DNA of 64,000 nt from an uncultured virus (IMG/VR IMGVR_UViG_3300028844_005666). Its lineage: Duplodnaviria > Heunggongvirae > Uroviricota > Caudoviricetes. Shown one piece after another: positions 29,664 to 40,297 of this stretch. The translations under genes were made by a program, and so were the position numbers. Every line of letters starts with the position of its first letter. The first letter of the stretch is position 1. The stretch lies in the IMG/VR virus record IMGVR_UViG_3300028844_005666. One strand, written 5' to 3'. The notes below the pieces were generated by a model. The model searched no databases and was not told the origin of the DNA. It saw only the letters and a program-made list of their open reading frames with translations.

Positions 29664-30609
29664 GAGCTTTTCCTTTCTTAATATAATAATCCCATATACC
29701 AGCATCTTTCCATTCGTTAAGATGCCATGTAGTATATGCCCAGTTATACAACTGTTGCTGTCTTTTATCCCAGTTAACTTTATCAATAGATTCTAATAAA
29801 GTTAAATCTTGCTCACAAGCTTTGTAAGCAATACATCTCTCATCTAAAGCAAAGGTTGGGATACCTTCAACGATTGATTCAACAGCAGCAGAAGAGCTAT
29901 GTGTAACAACAGCGAAAGAGCCACGGATACTATCCAAGACTTATCTACGCGCTCTATCAGCATATTCAATCGTAACGTCTTTAAAACCTTCTGCGATTTT
30001 ATTTGGACGTTCTCTATCAGGGTTCGGATGCGCTCTGAGTACAATAGGCCTATCTGTAATTTTTCTAATTTCTTCAACTTTATTCCTTGCATATTGCCAG
30101 AAAGGTATACTATCATTATACTGCCATCCTTTTTCTGATTGAAGTAAAAATAGTATACTACCGTCTTTATTTGTTATAGGATCTTTTTCTGTAAAGTTAA
30201 ATAATTTTTTGAATGTCTTATATCTTTGACCTGGCATATTTTCATTTAGAAAATCACCTGTACCACAACAGTCATTAAGACCCATTCTAAACATCCAAGT
30301 TTCGTTCTGTTTAATTTTATTTCTGACATAGACAGAAAACAATCCAGTATCGAAATGAAAGGTAGGAATTTTAGCAAGCAATAATTTATCTTTGAAAATA
30401 GCTCTAGTTGTATCTCTTTTTCTATTCGTTACTGAACCGAACATGATACAAAAGTCTGCTTTATCCATTAGACCTAAAAATGGTTTTGCTTCGACTGTAT
30501 GACCCATTTTAATAAGACAGGTTTCTATCTCAGCAAATGTATTAAAGATTGGATTCTCGAATACTCGTTTTTGCTCTTTAATTGAGCAACCAGCTATTTG
30601 AATTCTCAT
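29650..30609 (-). pseudogene. Capsule-synthesis-like glycosyltransferase split by an in-frame TAA at 29941-29943
   Basis: Two ORFs in one frame; the joined product has RAHP then SSAAVESIVEGIP like its intact paralogs. Confidence 0.8.
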
Positions 30610-31420
30610 AACATATACCTTCGCGCATTTCTTTAATAGAGTATTGTTTATAGGCTAAATTATAAAACAATTCTTCTCTATCATAGTATTCTGGTTTATT
30701 TATCTTGGAAAAATCTCTATTAGTACACCATGCAGATGGTGCACATCTATGAGTACTGAAAACTGGAACTCCTATTTTCAAAGCATCTATAGCTACAATA
30801 CTACCACTCACAACAACAGCATGTGCATTAGCTAAATCTAAACTTATTTGATTTATACCTGCTGCTGCAGGTCCACTAGTACCATTACCTCTAGGTTTTT
30901 TTCTTACTTCAATTGGTCTATTAGTATAACACCTAAGTGCTTCAGTAACATCTTTAATCCATACATCTACACTCTTACCATGCATATATTGAGTCATAGT
31001 TTCACTAGAAGGACATATTACAATTTTATCATGGTAGTCTACATACTCAAAAAATTCAATATCATGTCCCCATTTATCGAATCTATCTGAAGGTACGTTT
31101 AATTTTCTGTTATCATGAAGACCATTGAAGCACCATCTCCAATATGTGTTATCCCAATCTTCATTATTAGGATCATACCTTCCATGATAAGGCATATCAC
31201 AAAAGATAAATCTATCTTTAATCATATATTGTGGGTTGTTAGCTATGAGACCCCATAGTACATACATGTCAGTATTATGAGCGTTTATCTTTGCTCCTGG
31301 ATAACCTTCTTCTAGAGCTTGGTATATCCTTTCCATCTTTGGAGACGGTCTTGGTTGTATTAGAGATAGGGTCGGAGTCTGTTCCATGGTATCCCTTCTG
31401 AAATTTCTTGTGGCCACCAC
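30578..31420 (-). CDS. Capsule-synthesis-like glycosyltransferase paralog
   Basis: RKKP, SIVAIDALKIGVP; start probably at MEQTP. Confidence 0.65.
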   Translation of the reverse strand: MVATRNFRRDTMEQTPTLSLIQPRPSPKMERIYQALEEGYPGAKINAHNTDMYVLWGLIANNPQYMIKDRFIFCDMPYHGRYDPNNEDWDNTYWRWCFNGLHDNRKLNVPSDRFDKWGHDIEFFEYVDYHDKIVICPSSETMTQYMHGKSVDVWIKDVTEALRCYTNRPIEVRKKPRGNGTSGPAAAGINQISLDLANAHAVVVSGSIVAIDALKIGVPVFSTHRCAPSAWCTNRDFSKINKPEYYDREELFYNLAYKQYSIKEMREGICYENSNSWLLN

Positions 31421-32214
31421 TCTGTATGTACGTACTCATCAAGCCAGTCAGTACGATCAACTCTTGGTGGACTTTCGATATCCTTCCAATCACGTATAGA
31501 TAAAGGATAAGCAAAACTAGCAGACCCAGTATAAACATGTACTCCATTTAAAGCTGCCTCCAATGCAGGTCCTGAACTATAGTTTACGACACACCATGAT
31601 CTACTCATAATGTCTCTAAAGTTTACTGCATCACCAACACCAGTACTCTCTGGCATATCGTAAAATATTTTGCCAGTCAACTCGTCAGCAAGTTTATTCC
31701 AATTAGTAACCTTATCTCTAGGGTGTGGTCTAATAACTATAGGTTTATCAGTATACTTATTAATTTCTTTTACACATTGCTTGATCCATTCATCAGTAGG
31801 AGGCATTCCAAACCACTGATGTGAATCTTGACGCTGTGTAGCTATCGTTATAAATTCGCCACTTTTTATATAAGGTCTTATAGCTAGGTTAAATTTATCT
31901 TTTCTTTTTCTATCTAAATTATCTTTGTTTGCAAACTCTGCACTTCTATTTATTCCTCCAATACCTACTCTCCAGGTCTTGTCTCTAAATATACTCCCAA
32001 CTTCTATTACTATTATAGGTTTATTTTGTTTAGTAAAATGTTGCCATACGTCTTTATTTTTTCTCATTCTTCCAGAAAATAAAATAGACCATATGACTGC
32101 TACATCAGCATCCATATCATTGTACACAACTTCTTCGTTGCAGCCTTCTGCGAAAGCTTTGAATATAGGAGAGCTATTTAAGGCACCGTAATCGGTGAAG
32201 AGCGATACTTTCAT
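31360..32214 (-). CDS. Capsule-synthesis-like (KpsS/KpsC-type) glycosyltransferase paralog
   Basis: Q..D, IRPHP, VNYSS..LEAALNG. Confidence 0.7.
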   Translation of the reverse strand: MKVSLFTDYGALNSSPIFKAFAEGCNEEVVYNDMDADVAVIWSILFSGRMRKNKDVWQHFTKQNKPIIVIEVGSIFRDKTWRVGIGGINRSAEFANKDNLDRKRKDKFNLAIRPYIKSGEFITIATQRQDSHQWFGMPPTDEWIKQCVKEINKYTDKPIVIRPHPRDKVTNWNKLADELTGKIFYDMPESTGVGDAVNFRDIMSRSWCVVNYSSGPALEAALNGVHVYTGSASFAYPLSIRDWKDIESPPRVDRTDWLDEYVHTEWWPQEISEGIPWNRLRPYL

Positions 32215-32245
32215 AATATAGTTATAGTAAGTTTAATTATTTTTT

Positions 32246-35017
32246 CTATAAGTCTTTAGCTGAATTATATGCTTTTTTTCTTTCATGATCAGAAACTTCT
32301 TTGAGACCTTTTAAGTTAGGTAAATCATCATCAGTCTTTAACTCATTTACTTTAGGTTTATTCATTGAATTTATAACATCAGCTCGAGCTTTCTTTTGAG
32401 CAGATTTAACCATTGCACTATCATCCTTCTTAGCAGATTGCACTTGTGCATCAGTCATATCAGCTTCGTCTAACTCAGGTTTATTCTTAGCTGTTATAAG
32501 TCTTTCAACTGTTGTCTTAAATGCTGTTGTACGACCATCTACTACTTCTTTTATTCCAAGTTCTTTCATAGTTGATCTTCTTAAATTAGCGGGTAGACCC
32601 TGAACCAGTACCTTAGCTTCATCCTGACTCATTGTCTTGAGAGCTGCCATTGCCTTAGGCTCTAGCTTCCCACCTCTCATTTTCATGTCACCTTTTTTTA
32701 ACTTAGACTTTTCTATCATATAATCTGATACTTCGTCCTGTTTAAAAAATTCCATCTTCATATTTTTCATTTTTTTCTTTGCATCTTTAGGAGCAGGGAA
32801 CTGTTTAGCAGTTTTACTACCCTCAGGCTTTTGATTGTCGTCTAGACCATCAGCATTCTTGTCTTGAATCTCATCATGACCTTCATTCATTTTAGTAAGT
32901 TTTTTTACATGACCCATAAACTTTTTATCTTTTAAAGCAGGGCTGCCTTTATTTACAGTCACAGCATGCGGTTCATCATCACCCATAGCTGTATGGAATT
33001 TTACACCAGCATGATTAGATTTTTTATGCATTGCGTGAGCGGAGTCTAAGTGATGTGAATTTAATTTATGATCACCATCCGCATAAGTATTATCTGAATA
33101 TGTTCCATGATCTTCTGGAAGTGATCTATAGAAAGGATTATCACCAGTAAGAATTGAAGTAAAGTTTACTTGCTGAATTACATCAACTTTTTTTTTTGAC
33201 TCTTGCACTTCAGCTTCTTTAGGAGGACCAAATTTAGATACGTTATCTATAATGTCTTCTTTCATACCCATTTTTTTTCTATACTCAGCTCGCTTTGCGT
33301 CTGATTGTGCATTAGCTCTTTTGACAGCGTCTTTAGATGCAATTGAACCTTTATTCTTATCTCTCCAACTATAATCTACACCTGGCATATCTGAAACTTT
33401 ATTTCTTATACCATATCCAGATGATCGTGCTGTAACTTCTTTCACTGTATCTTCTTTTTGTCTCTCAGGATACTTCTCTTTTGTTTTAGGATCTACTTCG
33501 TCTTTATGTCCTTTAGGAACAAAGTAGCTTACTCCAGTAGGGCCATAAGCCTTACCTTCTGGAACACAATTATTGACTCTTATTCCACCCTTCATTTTAG
33601 TACCTGCTTTCTTATAACCATCCCAACAATTTGGATCTAATCTTTGTTTTTCAACAATTGCTTCTTCATTTGTTGACTCTTCACCTTCCATAGCTTTCAT
33701 TCTAAAAGCTTTTCTGACATCTGCTTTAGGAGTCTTAACAATATCACCTATCATATCCATATTCTTCAACATCTTTCTAAGCTTAGCTTTAATCATACCT
33801 GCTGATGATGCTGTCATATACATATCTGGAAGACCTGAAATGTTAACTTTAAAATACATTTCTTCATTCAAGTCTGACTCTGGTGTAATAAATTCTGCAT
33901 ATGGAGGAGCAAAAGTTTCTTTCTTCATTAATCTTTTAGTAGCTTTATCAATACCACCAACTCTTTTAGCTGCTTTTCTTTCAGGTCCTGTATCATAATT
34001 TTGATCAGGATGAGAACCTCCAGCACCAGCTATTGCATCAGCTCGTCCCTGGTTTGTACCTTTATGATAAACGTCTCTAGAAGCTTTACTAATATAGCTT
34101 GCAGCTGTATTTTTAGAAATTTCATCAACTTGATTTATATCTTCTTTAGCTGCTTTTTTTATACCTTGCATTCTATTATCTATTTTAATATCATTTCTTT
34201 GAGCTTCTGGAGATGATCCTCCAAAAGGTTTAGAATAAGCCATGCCTTGAGAAAAACTTCTATCTTTTAAATTACTAACAGCTTTTTTAATATATCTACT
34301 TTTCATATCTTTAGAAATTTCATCAATATTAGATTCAGTAGCATTTACTTTAGCTTTACCAATAACTTTTTTAGTAGCCATATCAAAACCTTTATCTCTT
34401 TTTGAAGATGCTGATTCCATATCTTTTTTATGACCTGGTTCTTGACCTGATTTATCTAAATAATTATATATTTTATCTTTAGAAATTTCATCTATGTGAT
34501 TTTTAAATTGATCTTTAATCATTTTAATTTCCTCATTATATTCATTATCATATTTATCATTTTCGTTCATTGAAGGTCTTTTGAAACCATGTTTAGCTAG
34601 CACATCTTTATTCTTATCGTATGCATTTGTAGCTTTTTTAAGTTGTATTTTTAACTTAGGTTTGTTTTCTAAACTAGCCATTGAAGGCACTTTCTTATCT
34701 TCATCTGCTGATAATTTTGCTGCTATTGCCATTTGTCTTCTCTTTGTTTTTGATTTACCTTTAAATTGAGGAGCATCTGATTTGTAAAAATCATCTACAA
34801 CATCACCCATATCAGCTGTCTTGACATTAATACCCTCTTTAAACAAATCAAAATGACCGAATTGGGACTCAGCGTCTTCGTGTGATATGTAATCTACTCT
34901 TACAATGTACTCACCATACTTCTCTTTCATGTCGAGAGCTACTTGTGCTTTAGTTTTGCCTCTGATAAGAATTGGTGGTCTTATTTTATCTTTAAAGTCT
35001 ACTCTAAATAATCTCAT
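32246..35017 (-). CDS. Large modular Lys/Glu-rich protein, putative internal head polyprotein
   Basis: Three DEISK repeats, many hydrophobic-X-E sites, late-type AATAAATA at 35022-35029. Confidence 0.6.
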   Translation of the reverse strand: MRLFRVDFKDKIRPPILIRGKTKAQVALDMKEKYGEYIVRVDYISHEDAESQFGHFDLFKEGINVKTADMGDVVDDFYKSDAPQFKGKSKTKRRQMAIAAKLSADEDKKVPSMASLENKPKLKIQLKKATNAYDKNKDVLAKHGFKRPSMNENDKYDNEYNEEIKMIKDQFKNHIDEISKDKIYNYLDKSGQEPGHKKDMESASSKRDKGFDMATKKVIGKAKVNATESNIDEISKDMKSRYIKKAVSNLKDRSFSQGMAYSKPFGGSSPEAQRNDIKIDNRMQGIKKAAKEDINQVDEISKNTAASYISKASRDVYHKGTNQGRADAIAGAGGSHPDQNYDTGPERKAAKRVGGIDKATKRLMKKETFAPPYAEFITPESDLNEEMYFKVNISGLPDMYMTASSAGMIKAKLRKMLKNMDMIGDIVKTPKADVRKAFRMKAMEGEESTNEEAIVEKQRLDPNCWDGYKKAGTKMKGGIRVNNCVPEGKAYGPTGVSYFVPKGHKDEVDPKTKEKYPERQKEDTVKEVTARSSGYGIRNKVSDMPGVDYSWRDKNKGSIASKDAVKRANAQSDAKRAEYRKKMGMKEDIIDNVSKFGPPKEAEVQESKKKVDVIQQVNFTSILTGDNPFYRSLPEDHGTYSDNTYADGDHKLNSHHLDSAHAMHKKSNHAGVKFHTAMGDDEPHAVTVNKGSPALKDKKFMGHVKKLTKMNEGHDEIQDKNADGLDDNQKPEGSKTAKQFPAPKDAKKKMKNMKMEFFKQDEVSDYMIEKSKLKKGDMKMRGGKLEPKAMAALKTMSQDEAKVLVQGLPANLRRSTMKELGIKEVVDGRTTAFKTTVERLITAKNKPELDEADMTDAQVQSAKKDDSAMVKSAQKKARADVINSMNKPKVNELKTDDDLPNLKGLKEVSDHERKKAYNSAKDL

Positions 35018-35027
35018 GTTTTATTTA

Positions 35028-36740
35028 TTAAACTATTGAGTCTTTAATGTATGAGAAGTTGCCTTGCTTATAGAACTCGATAAGAGACTTAAATCTATCT
35101 CCAGTTTGATACTTATGAGATATAACCCATACGTTTGTACCTTCCATATCACCTATAATGTCCCATAGTATATCTGTAGCTTCAGCATCTAAAGAACTAT
35201 CACCTACCTCATCCATAATAAGTAGATTAGTATTAACAGAGTTCTTTAACTTAGCAATCTCTCTCCAAGTAAACATTAACGCAAGATCTATTCTCATCTT
35301 CTCTCCTTCTGAGAAAGAAGCATAACTAAAATGATCTCTATATCTACTCTTTATACTTTCGTTAAAGTTTTCGTCTAAGTTAAACGAATAGTTAGCACCC
35401 ATTCTATCTAAGTACTTATTGATAAGTTTATTCATAACAGGTAAGTATTGCTTTATGATTTTAGCTTTTATACCAGTATCTTTTAGTAATACTTTACACA
35501 CTTCTAGATGATGCTTAAGTTCTAATTGTTGTAGAGACTTGGATTGTATTTCTTTTTTCTCTTCTTTTAATGCAGCTAGTTGTGCTTTAGCATCATTAAG
35601 AGATTTAGCATCAGCTTTTACGTTCTTATTATTGTTTAGGTTATTAAGATAGGCTTTATTAGAGTTTATATCAGCAGCTAGTTTAGATTTATCTGATCTT
35701 ATATCAGTAACTTTTTCTTTAACTGCGTTTATAGCTCTTACATTATCTTGTATATTACTTATAGCAGTTTCAGCAGTACCTATAATACTACTATACTTTG
35801 TCTTCTTAGCAGCATGTAAACTAATTTTATTATTCTTATGCTCTTCAGTAAGAGGCTGATCACATTCAGGACATATAGAATTATTTTGATAGAAGCTTAA
35901 TTTTTTATCATGACTAGTTAGTTCAGTCTTAACTTTGAATAACTGGTACTCACCTTCTTTTAGTTTATTCTTTAACTTATCTTCTTCTGTAATCTCTAAG
36001 AGTAAACTTTCTATATCAGAGTCTTTCTTAATAAGCTGTTCTTCCAACAACTTTATTTCGGCATTGACTCTTAACTCTTCTTCTTCAATCTTATCTACAG
36101 ACTCTCTAGAACGAGCAGTAATATTATCAATCAAACCATTCTGAGCAGATATTTTAGTCTTGTTTAAGTCTTTATTGTAATCAGTATCTTTTATATCTAA
36201 TTCTAGATTATTATCTCTCGTTTTAAGTATAGCATTCATTCTAGAAAAAACAGTTATGTCTAATATTTCTTCTATGATACCTCTACGTTCCCAGTTAGCT
36301 AAGTCCATAAACGATTGATATCTAGCTGTACCTAAAATAACAATCTGAGTAAATGACTTGTAATTTAAACCTATAATATCTTCTAGCTTTTGCTGATAGT
36401 CTCTTAAAGAAGCATCTTGAGTTAAAAGATTATCCTCTTTATAGATTTCAAATATATTAGGTTTAACACCTCTAATTATTTTATATGGTATACCTTTCAC
36501 TCTTAACTTAAGAGTTACTTCTAAACCTTTTTCGTTAACAGAGTTTACTAACTGAGTCTTAGATATAGCTCTATAAGGTTTATTGAATACAGCAAAACAT
36601 AAAGCATCTAACATAGTAGACTTACCTGAACCATTAGGTCCAGTTATAAGTGCTGAGGGAGTTCTACTTAGAAATAATGTCTGGCCTGTATTGCCTGTAG
36701 ATAGGAAATTTTTATATGTAATCTCATCAAACTGTATCAA
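35028..36740 (-). CDS. gp46: Recombination endonuclease ATPase subunit
   Basis: GPNGSGKS, CPEC hook, FSEGE, MDE. Confidence 0.95.
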   Translation of the reverse strand: MIQFDEITYKNFLSTGNTGQTLFLSRTPSALITGPNGSGKSTMLDALCFAVFNKPYRAISKTQLVNSVNEKGLEVTLKLRVKGIPYKIIRGVKPNIFEIYKEDNLLTQDASLRDYQQKLEDIIGLNYKSFTQIVILGTARYQSFMDLANWERRGIIEEILDITVFSRMNAILKTRDNNLELDIKDTDYNKDLNKTKISAQNGLIDNITARSRESVDKIEEEELRVNAEIKLLEEQLIKKDSDIESLLLEITEEDKLKNKLKEGEYQLFKVKTELTSHDKKLSFYQNNSICPECDQPLTEEHKNNKISLHAAKKTKYSSIIGTAETAISNIQDNVRAINAVKEKVTDIRSDKSKLAADINSNKAYLNNLNNNKNVKADAKSLNDAKAQLAALKEEKKEIQSKSLQQLELKHHLEVCKVLLKDTGIKAKIIKQYLPVMNKLINKYLDRMGANYSFNLDENFNESIKSRYRDHFSYASFSEGEKMRIDLALMFTWREIAKLKNSVNTNLLIMDEVGDSSLDAEATDILWDIIGDMEGTNVWVISHKYQTGDRFKSLIEFYKQGNFSYIKDSIV

Positions 36741-37776
36741 ACTCTTCCGTCCTCATCGCATCTTCATATATTTCTAACATGAGTTTCTTTATCGCTTCTT
36801 TATTATTATCAGTAGCAACGTCATCTATATACTGACCTATAAGATCAGTAGTAGCAACCATCTTAATCATATCACCTACATTATCTTCGTTATACTCTTC
36901 AAACGATTCTATAATTTTTAGGTCGAAAGGATCATGATGATTTACTTTATCGATAAACTTTTCGAATATTTCAAAGTCAGATTTCTTCTTTATTATTAAT
37001 TTAACGTACGAGTTAGTTATAGTAGATATATCATAATCGGTCCCGTCTTCCCAATAGATTCTATGAAAGAAAGTATAAGGGTTAACTATATACTCCATAC
37101 TAAGATCTGTAGTATCCATAATCCAAAAACCGTTCTTACCTTTAGCATCATTCCATGTCATCTGATATGGAGTACCTACGTAATTAATATTTGCCTTTTC
37201 TGAATGAGTATGGTAGTGTCCAGATATAACATACTTCCAATTTTTAAAGTCAGCAGGTTTAAGTTCTGCTCTAGCTTTAGCACCAGGATGCATATCCATA
37301 CCATCTATTTCATAATGACCTACTAATACTTCACCACCATTACGTATAATATCTACTGATTCCTCTTGATTATCCTTGCATAGCCAAGGCATAAGAGTAA
37401 ATGTTACTCCATCTAGCTCAAGATTTGTAGTCTTATCATAATAGACCATACCTTTTTCATGGTTAAGTAATTGACCAGGTGAGTTATTTTCTAAAGAATA
37501 TCGTAAAGGTATATCATGGTTACCTATTATACCATAACAAGTCATATCTCTTTTCTGGATATGATCTACGAATATTTTTTTCTGGAAAGCCATAGTCTGT
37601 ATATTAATCCACTTACGATTATCGAAATAGTCGCCAGTTTGTATTACAGTTTTAATATTATGTTCATCTATATACGGCCAGAATACATCTTTAAAAAACT
37701 TTTCTTGCCAAAGTTGTATGATACTATTCGAGTTACGAGAACCGAAATGTGTATCACCAAGTATCGCTATCTTCAT
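36727..37776 (-). CDS. gp47: Recombination endonuclease subunit
   Basis: DTHFG, GDYFD, GNHD, GHYH. Confidence 0.95.
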   Translation of the reverse strand: MKIAILGDTHFGSRNSNSIIQLWQEKFFKDVFWPYIDEHNIKTVIQTGDYFDNRKWINIQTMAFQKKIFVDHIQKRDMTCYGIIGNHDIPLRYSLENNSPGQLLNHEKGMVYYDKTTNLELDGVTFTLMPWLCKDNQEESVDIIRNGGEVLVGHYEIDGMDMHPGAKARAELKPADFKNWKYVISGHYHTHSEKANINYVGTPYQMTWNDAKGKNGFWIMDTTDLSMEYIVNPYTFFHRIYWEDGTDYDISTITNSYVKLIIKKKSDFEIFEKFIDKVNHHDPFDLKIIESFEEYNEDNVGDMIKMVATTDLIGQYIDDVATDNNKEAIKKLMLEIYEDAMRTEEFDTV

Positions 37777-38402
37777 TAATTATCCTTTGGTTCTGATTCT
37801 GATAATGGTGTTCCTTTGTAAGCCTCTCTATCAGCTTTTGTATAACCTGACCTTAATCTAAAGCCAGTTGCTCTTTTAGATACATGCTTCTTACTGTCTG
37901 CTATCTCACCTAGTTTTTGATCTGCTATAGCTCTAGCACCTTCCATAGCTGCAGACTGAAACTCAGGGTCATTCATATGCTGTAGTTCAGCTTTCTGAAT
38001 TAGTTTTAAATTTAATTCGTATTTCTTTTTTTCTTTTTTAATAGTTTGTATCATATGTGAGAACAATATCTGAGTCACATATGCAAATCCATTATTAAAT
38101 CTACTACCATCAAACAAATGCATATAATTTACTGCTCCTAAAATAGCATCTTGTACCATCTCTTCTCTATAAGCATAGCCTCTAAAGTTAGGTGAAAGAG
38201 AAAGTCTTGACGCCATTTTTATAACGCATTCTCCTAAATATTTGTTCATAATAGGTCTAGTTTTTCCAGAAGCAAGTTTCTCTTTACAGTCTCTTGCATA
38301 CTCATCTAACGCTTTAGTAAACTCTTTATTGTTTACGTAATGTTCGTTACCAGGTTTTAGTCTTGTTCTTCTTTGTGGTGTTGGTGTTTCCATAGCTGTC
38401 AT
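37776..38402 (-). CDS. gp55: Late transcription sigma factor
   Basis: HYVNNKEF, PNF..Y..EM..D, FAYVTQI. Confidence 0.92.
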   Translation of the reverse strand: MTAMETPTPQRRTRLKPGNEHYVNNKEFTKALDEYARDCKEKLASGKTRPIMNKYLGECVIKMASRLSLSPNFRGYAYREEMVQDAILGAVNYMHLFDGSRFNNGFAYVTQILFSHMIQTIKKEKKKYELNLKLIQKAELQHMNDPEFQSAAMEGARAIADQKLGEIADSKKHVSKRATGFRLRSGYTKADREAYKGTPLSESEPKDN

Positions 38403-39859
38403 AATTCTATTTTAGATATTTTAAAATCAAACGATTCGTCCACATAAAATTTAAAGCGCTCACTTGCATGTCTTAAAGCAAAGTTTTCTCTTGATCCATG
38501 CTTAAGATCATCTACAATATCAAACACTGTAGCTTTTACACCATTATCAGCTTTTCTTAAAACGCGACCGATCGATTGTAGGACTTTAATTTTGGATTTA
38601 CTTGGATGAGCAAATACGAGGTTGTGGAGGTTACGAATATTAATCCCCGTGCTAAATACACCAAGTGATGCAACGATGATAGTATCGTTGTTCTCAGCAA
38701 GGTATCTAACAGCTTCTCTCGAATCTTTATCTGTCTCTCCAGCAACATAATGTAAGTCCTTTTCAGTTTCGATAAGATCATATATGGCTTTTCCATGAGC
38801 TATTCTACTAAAAACTACTAACGTATTACCAGGTAAGTCTCCTGCCATACGAGCTATAATTTTATTTCTTCTCTCATGACCAATAAGATAATCTATCTCT
38901 TCTTGATATTTATATTTGCTTAAAAGCTTTCGATCTTCTGCGCCGTATTGTAAAGTTAGAATACGAACTGATAAATCTGATATTTGATTTCTATCTATTA
39001 ACTCCTTTGTAGTTATTACTTTATGTACAGGACCAAATAAACCTTTGAGTACTAACTCATGAGTCTTTGCTTCCTGCAGTGTGCCAGTTAGACCTATTCT
39101 ATCTGGACAGATCAATAATTTACCCATGATCTTTTGTATAGATTTAGCTTGAGCATGATGAACTTCATCTACTATTACAGAACCAAATTGTGCAAACCAC
39201 CCAGTTGACATTTTATGAATTGATTGCCAAGTAGATACTACACATCTCTTATCTGTCTCTTTTTCTAAACCTCCCGTTATACCGTGAGGTGCATAACTAC
39301 CTCCCGAGTAATCTTTAAAGTCACCTATCATTTGAGCTACTAAAGATATAGTAGGTACTATGATAAGTATCTTTCTATCGTGTACTTGTTCCCACCACCT
39401 ACATAAACTATATGCAATTAAACTTTTACCAGAAGCAGTAGGAGATAATAATAAAGTTCTTTGTTGCCTTATAGCTATCTTAAATGCTTCTCTTTGATAG
39501 TCTCTTATTGTTATAGGTTTCTTTTTACTTAATGGCTTAAGAAAGTCTAAGTAACCATCTAACATCTGATCTGATACTGGCTGCTCTCTTCCTGGAAAGT
39601 CAAACTTAGTACCTTCAAACTCAACTTCAACATCTAAGTCTTTACTAAACTTAATTATCTCTTGCCATAGTCCACCATATAAAGTAAAGTTACGTAAGTT
39701 AACTAAACGTATTTTACCATCCCAGAACTTATTTCTATATTGTGGTGAGAACTCTGCACCTGGAACTTTGAATGTAAAGTAATCTGATAGCTGTTGCAGT
39801 TCATGTCTGTCGCCATCGAAAGTAAGATGAACGTCATCTTTCTTTTTAAATACTATCAT
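38399..39859 (-). CDS. uvsW: SF2 helicase UvsW
   Basis: PTASGKS, DEVH, QSIGRVLR. Confidence 0.95.
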   Translation of the reverse strand: MIVFKKKDDVHLTFDGDRHELQQLSDYFTFKVPGAEFSPQYRNKFWDGKIRLVNLRNFTLYGGLWQEIIKFSKDLDVEVEFEGTKFDFPGREQPVSDQMLDGYLDFLKPLSKKKPITIRDYQREAFKIAIRQQRTLLLSPTASGKSLIAYSLCRWWEQVHDRKILIIVPTISLVAQMIGDFKDYSGGSYAPHGITGGLEKETDKRCVVSTWQSIHKMSTGWFAQFGSVIVDEVHHAQAKSIQKIMGKLLICPDRIGLTGTLQEAKTHELVLKGLFGPVHKVITTKELIDRNQISDLSVRILTLQYGAEDRKLLSKYKYQEEIDYLIGHERRNKIIARMAGDLPGNTLVVFSRIAHGKAIYDLIETEKDLHYVAGETDKDSREAVRYLAENNDTIIVASLGVFSTGINIRNLHNLVFAHPSKSKIKVLQSIGRVLRKADNGVKATVFDIVDDLKHGSRENFALRHASERFKFYVDESFDFKISKIEL

Positions 39860-40290
39860 AGCTCACCAGATGTAAACTTAATCCAATCTATCGCAGATCG
39901 TATAGACTGATTACGCCACTTTATCTGATCTAAGATATGCTGTACACCTTCTAGAAGTACATCCATATATTCTATTTTCTTTAACAATCCTACTACCTCA
40001 GGGTCAGTATTTACATGCTTCTCAATACCAGACTTAGTCTTAAGTTTAAGATCGAAAGGCTTCTCTTTATAAGTATCTGAAGTTGCTTGACCTGTATAAT
40101 ATAATTCTTTATCTTTTCTTATTGCTTCTAGCTTATGATTGAATGCAATCTTTTTAGCTCTTAGGTCAAGATATATTTTTAGATATTTATGATGTAATTT
40201 AGGCACAGATGCAGCAGTAGTGTCGAGATTATTTTTATCAATCTCAGCATCTTTTTCCCATAAATCTAGTAACTGTTCATGCGTTATCAT
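39856..40290 (-). CDS. uvsY: Recombination mediator UvsY
   Basis: WEKD, PKLHHKY, AIDWIKF. Confidence 0.88.
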   Translation of the reverse strand: MITHEQLLDLWEKDAEIDKNNLDTTAASVPKLHHKYLKIYLDLRAKKIAFNHKLEAIRKDKELYYTGQATSDTYKEKPFDLKLKTKSGIEKHVNTDPEVVGLLKKIEYMDVLLEGVQHILDQIKWRNQSIRSAIDWIKFTSGEL

Positions 40291-40297
40291 ATAAATA
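40290..40297 (+). promoter_or_regulatory. T4-type late promoter facing phoH
   Basis: TATAAATA on the plus strand. Confidence 0.55.

Noticed and set aside
29941..29943. Stop-codon reassignment
   Set aside because: TAA, TAG and TGA all end conserved genes at the expected positions; no suppressor tRNA seen
33188..33197. T10 tract as a phase-variation site
   Set aside because: Encodes SKKK in frame; such runs are expected in Lys-rich, AT-rich genes
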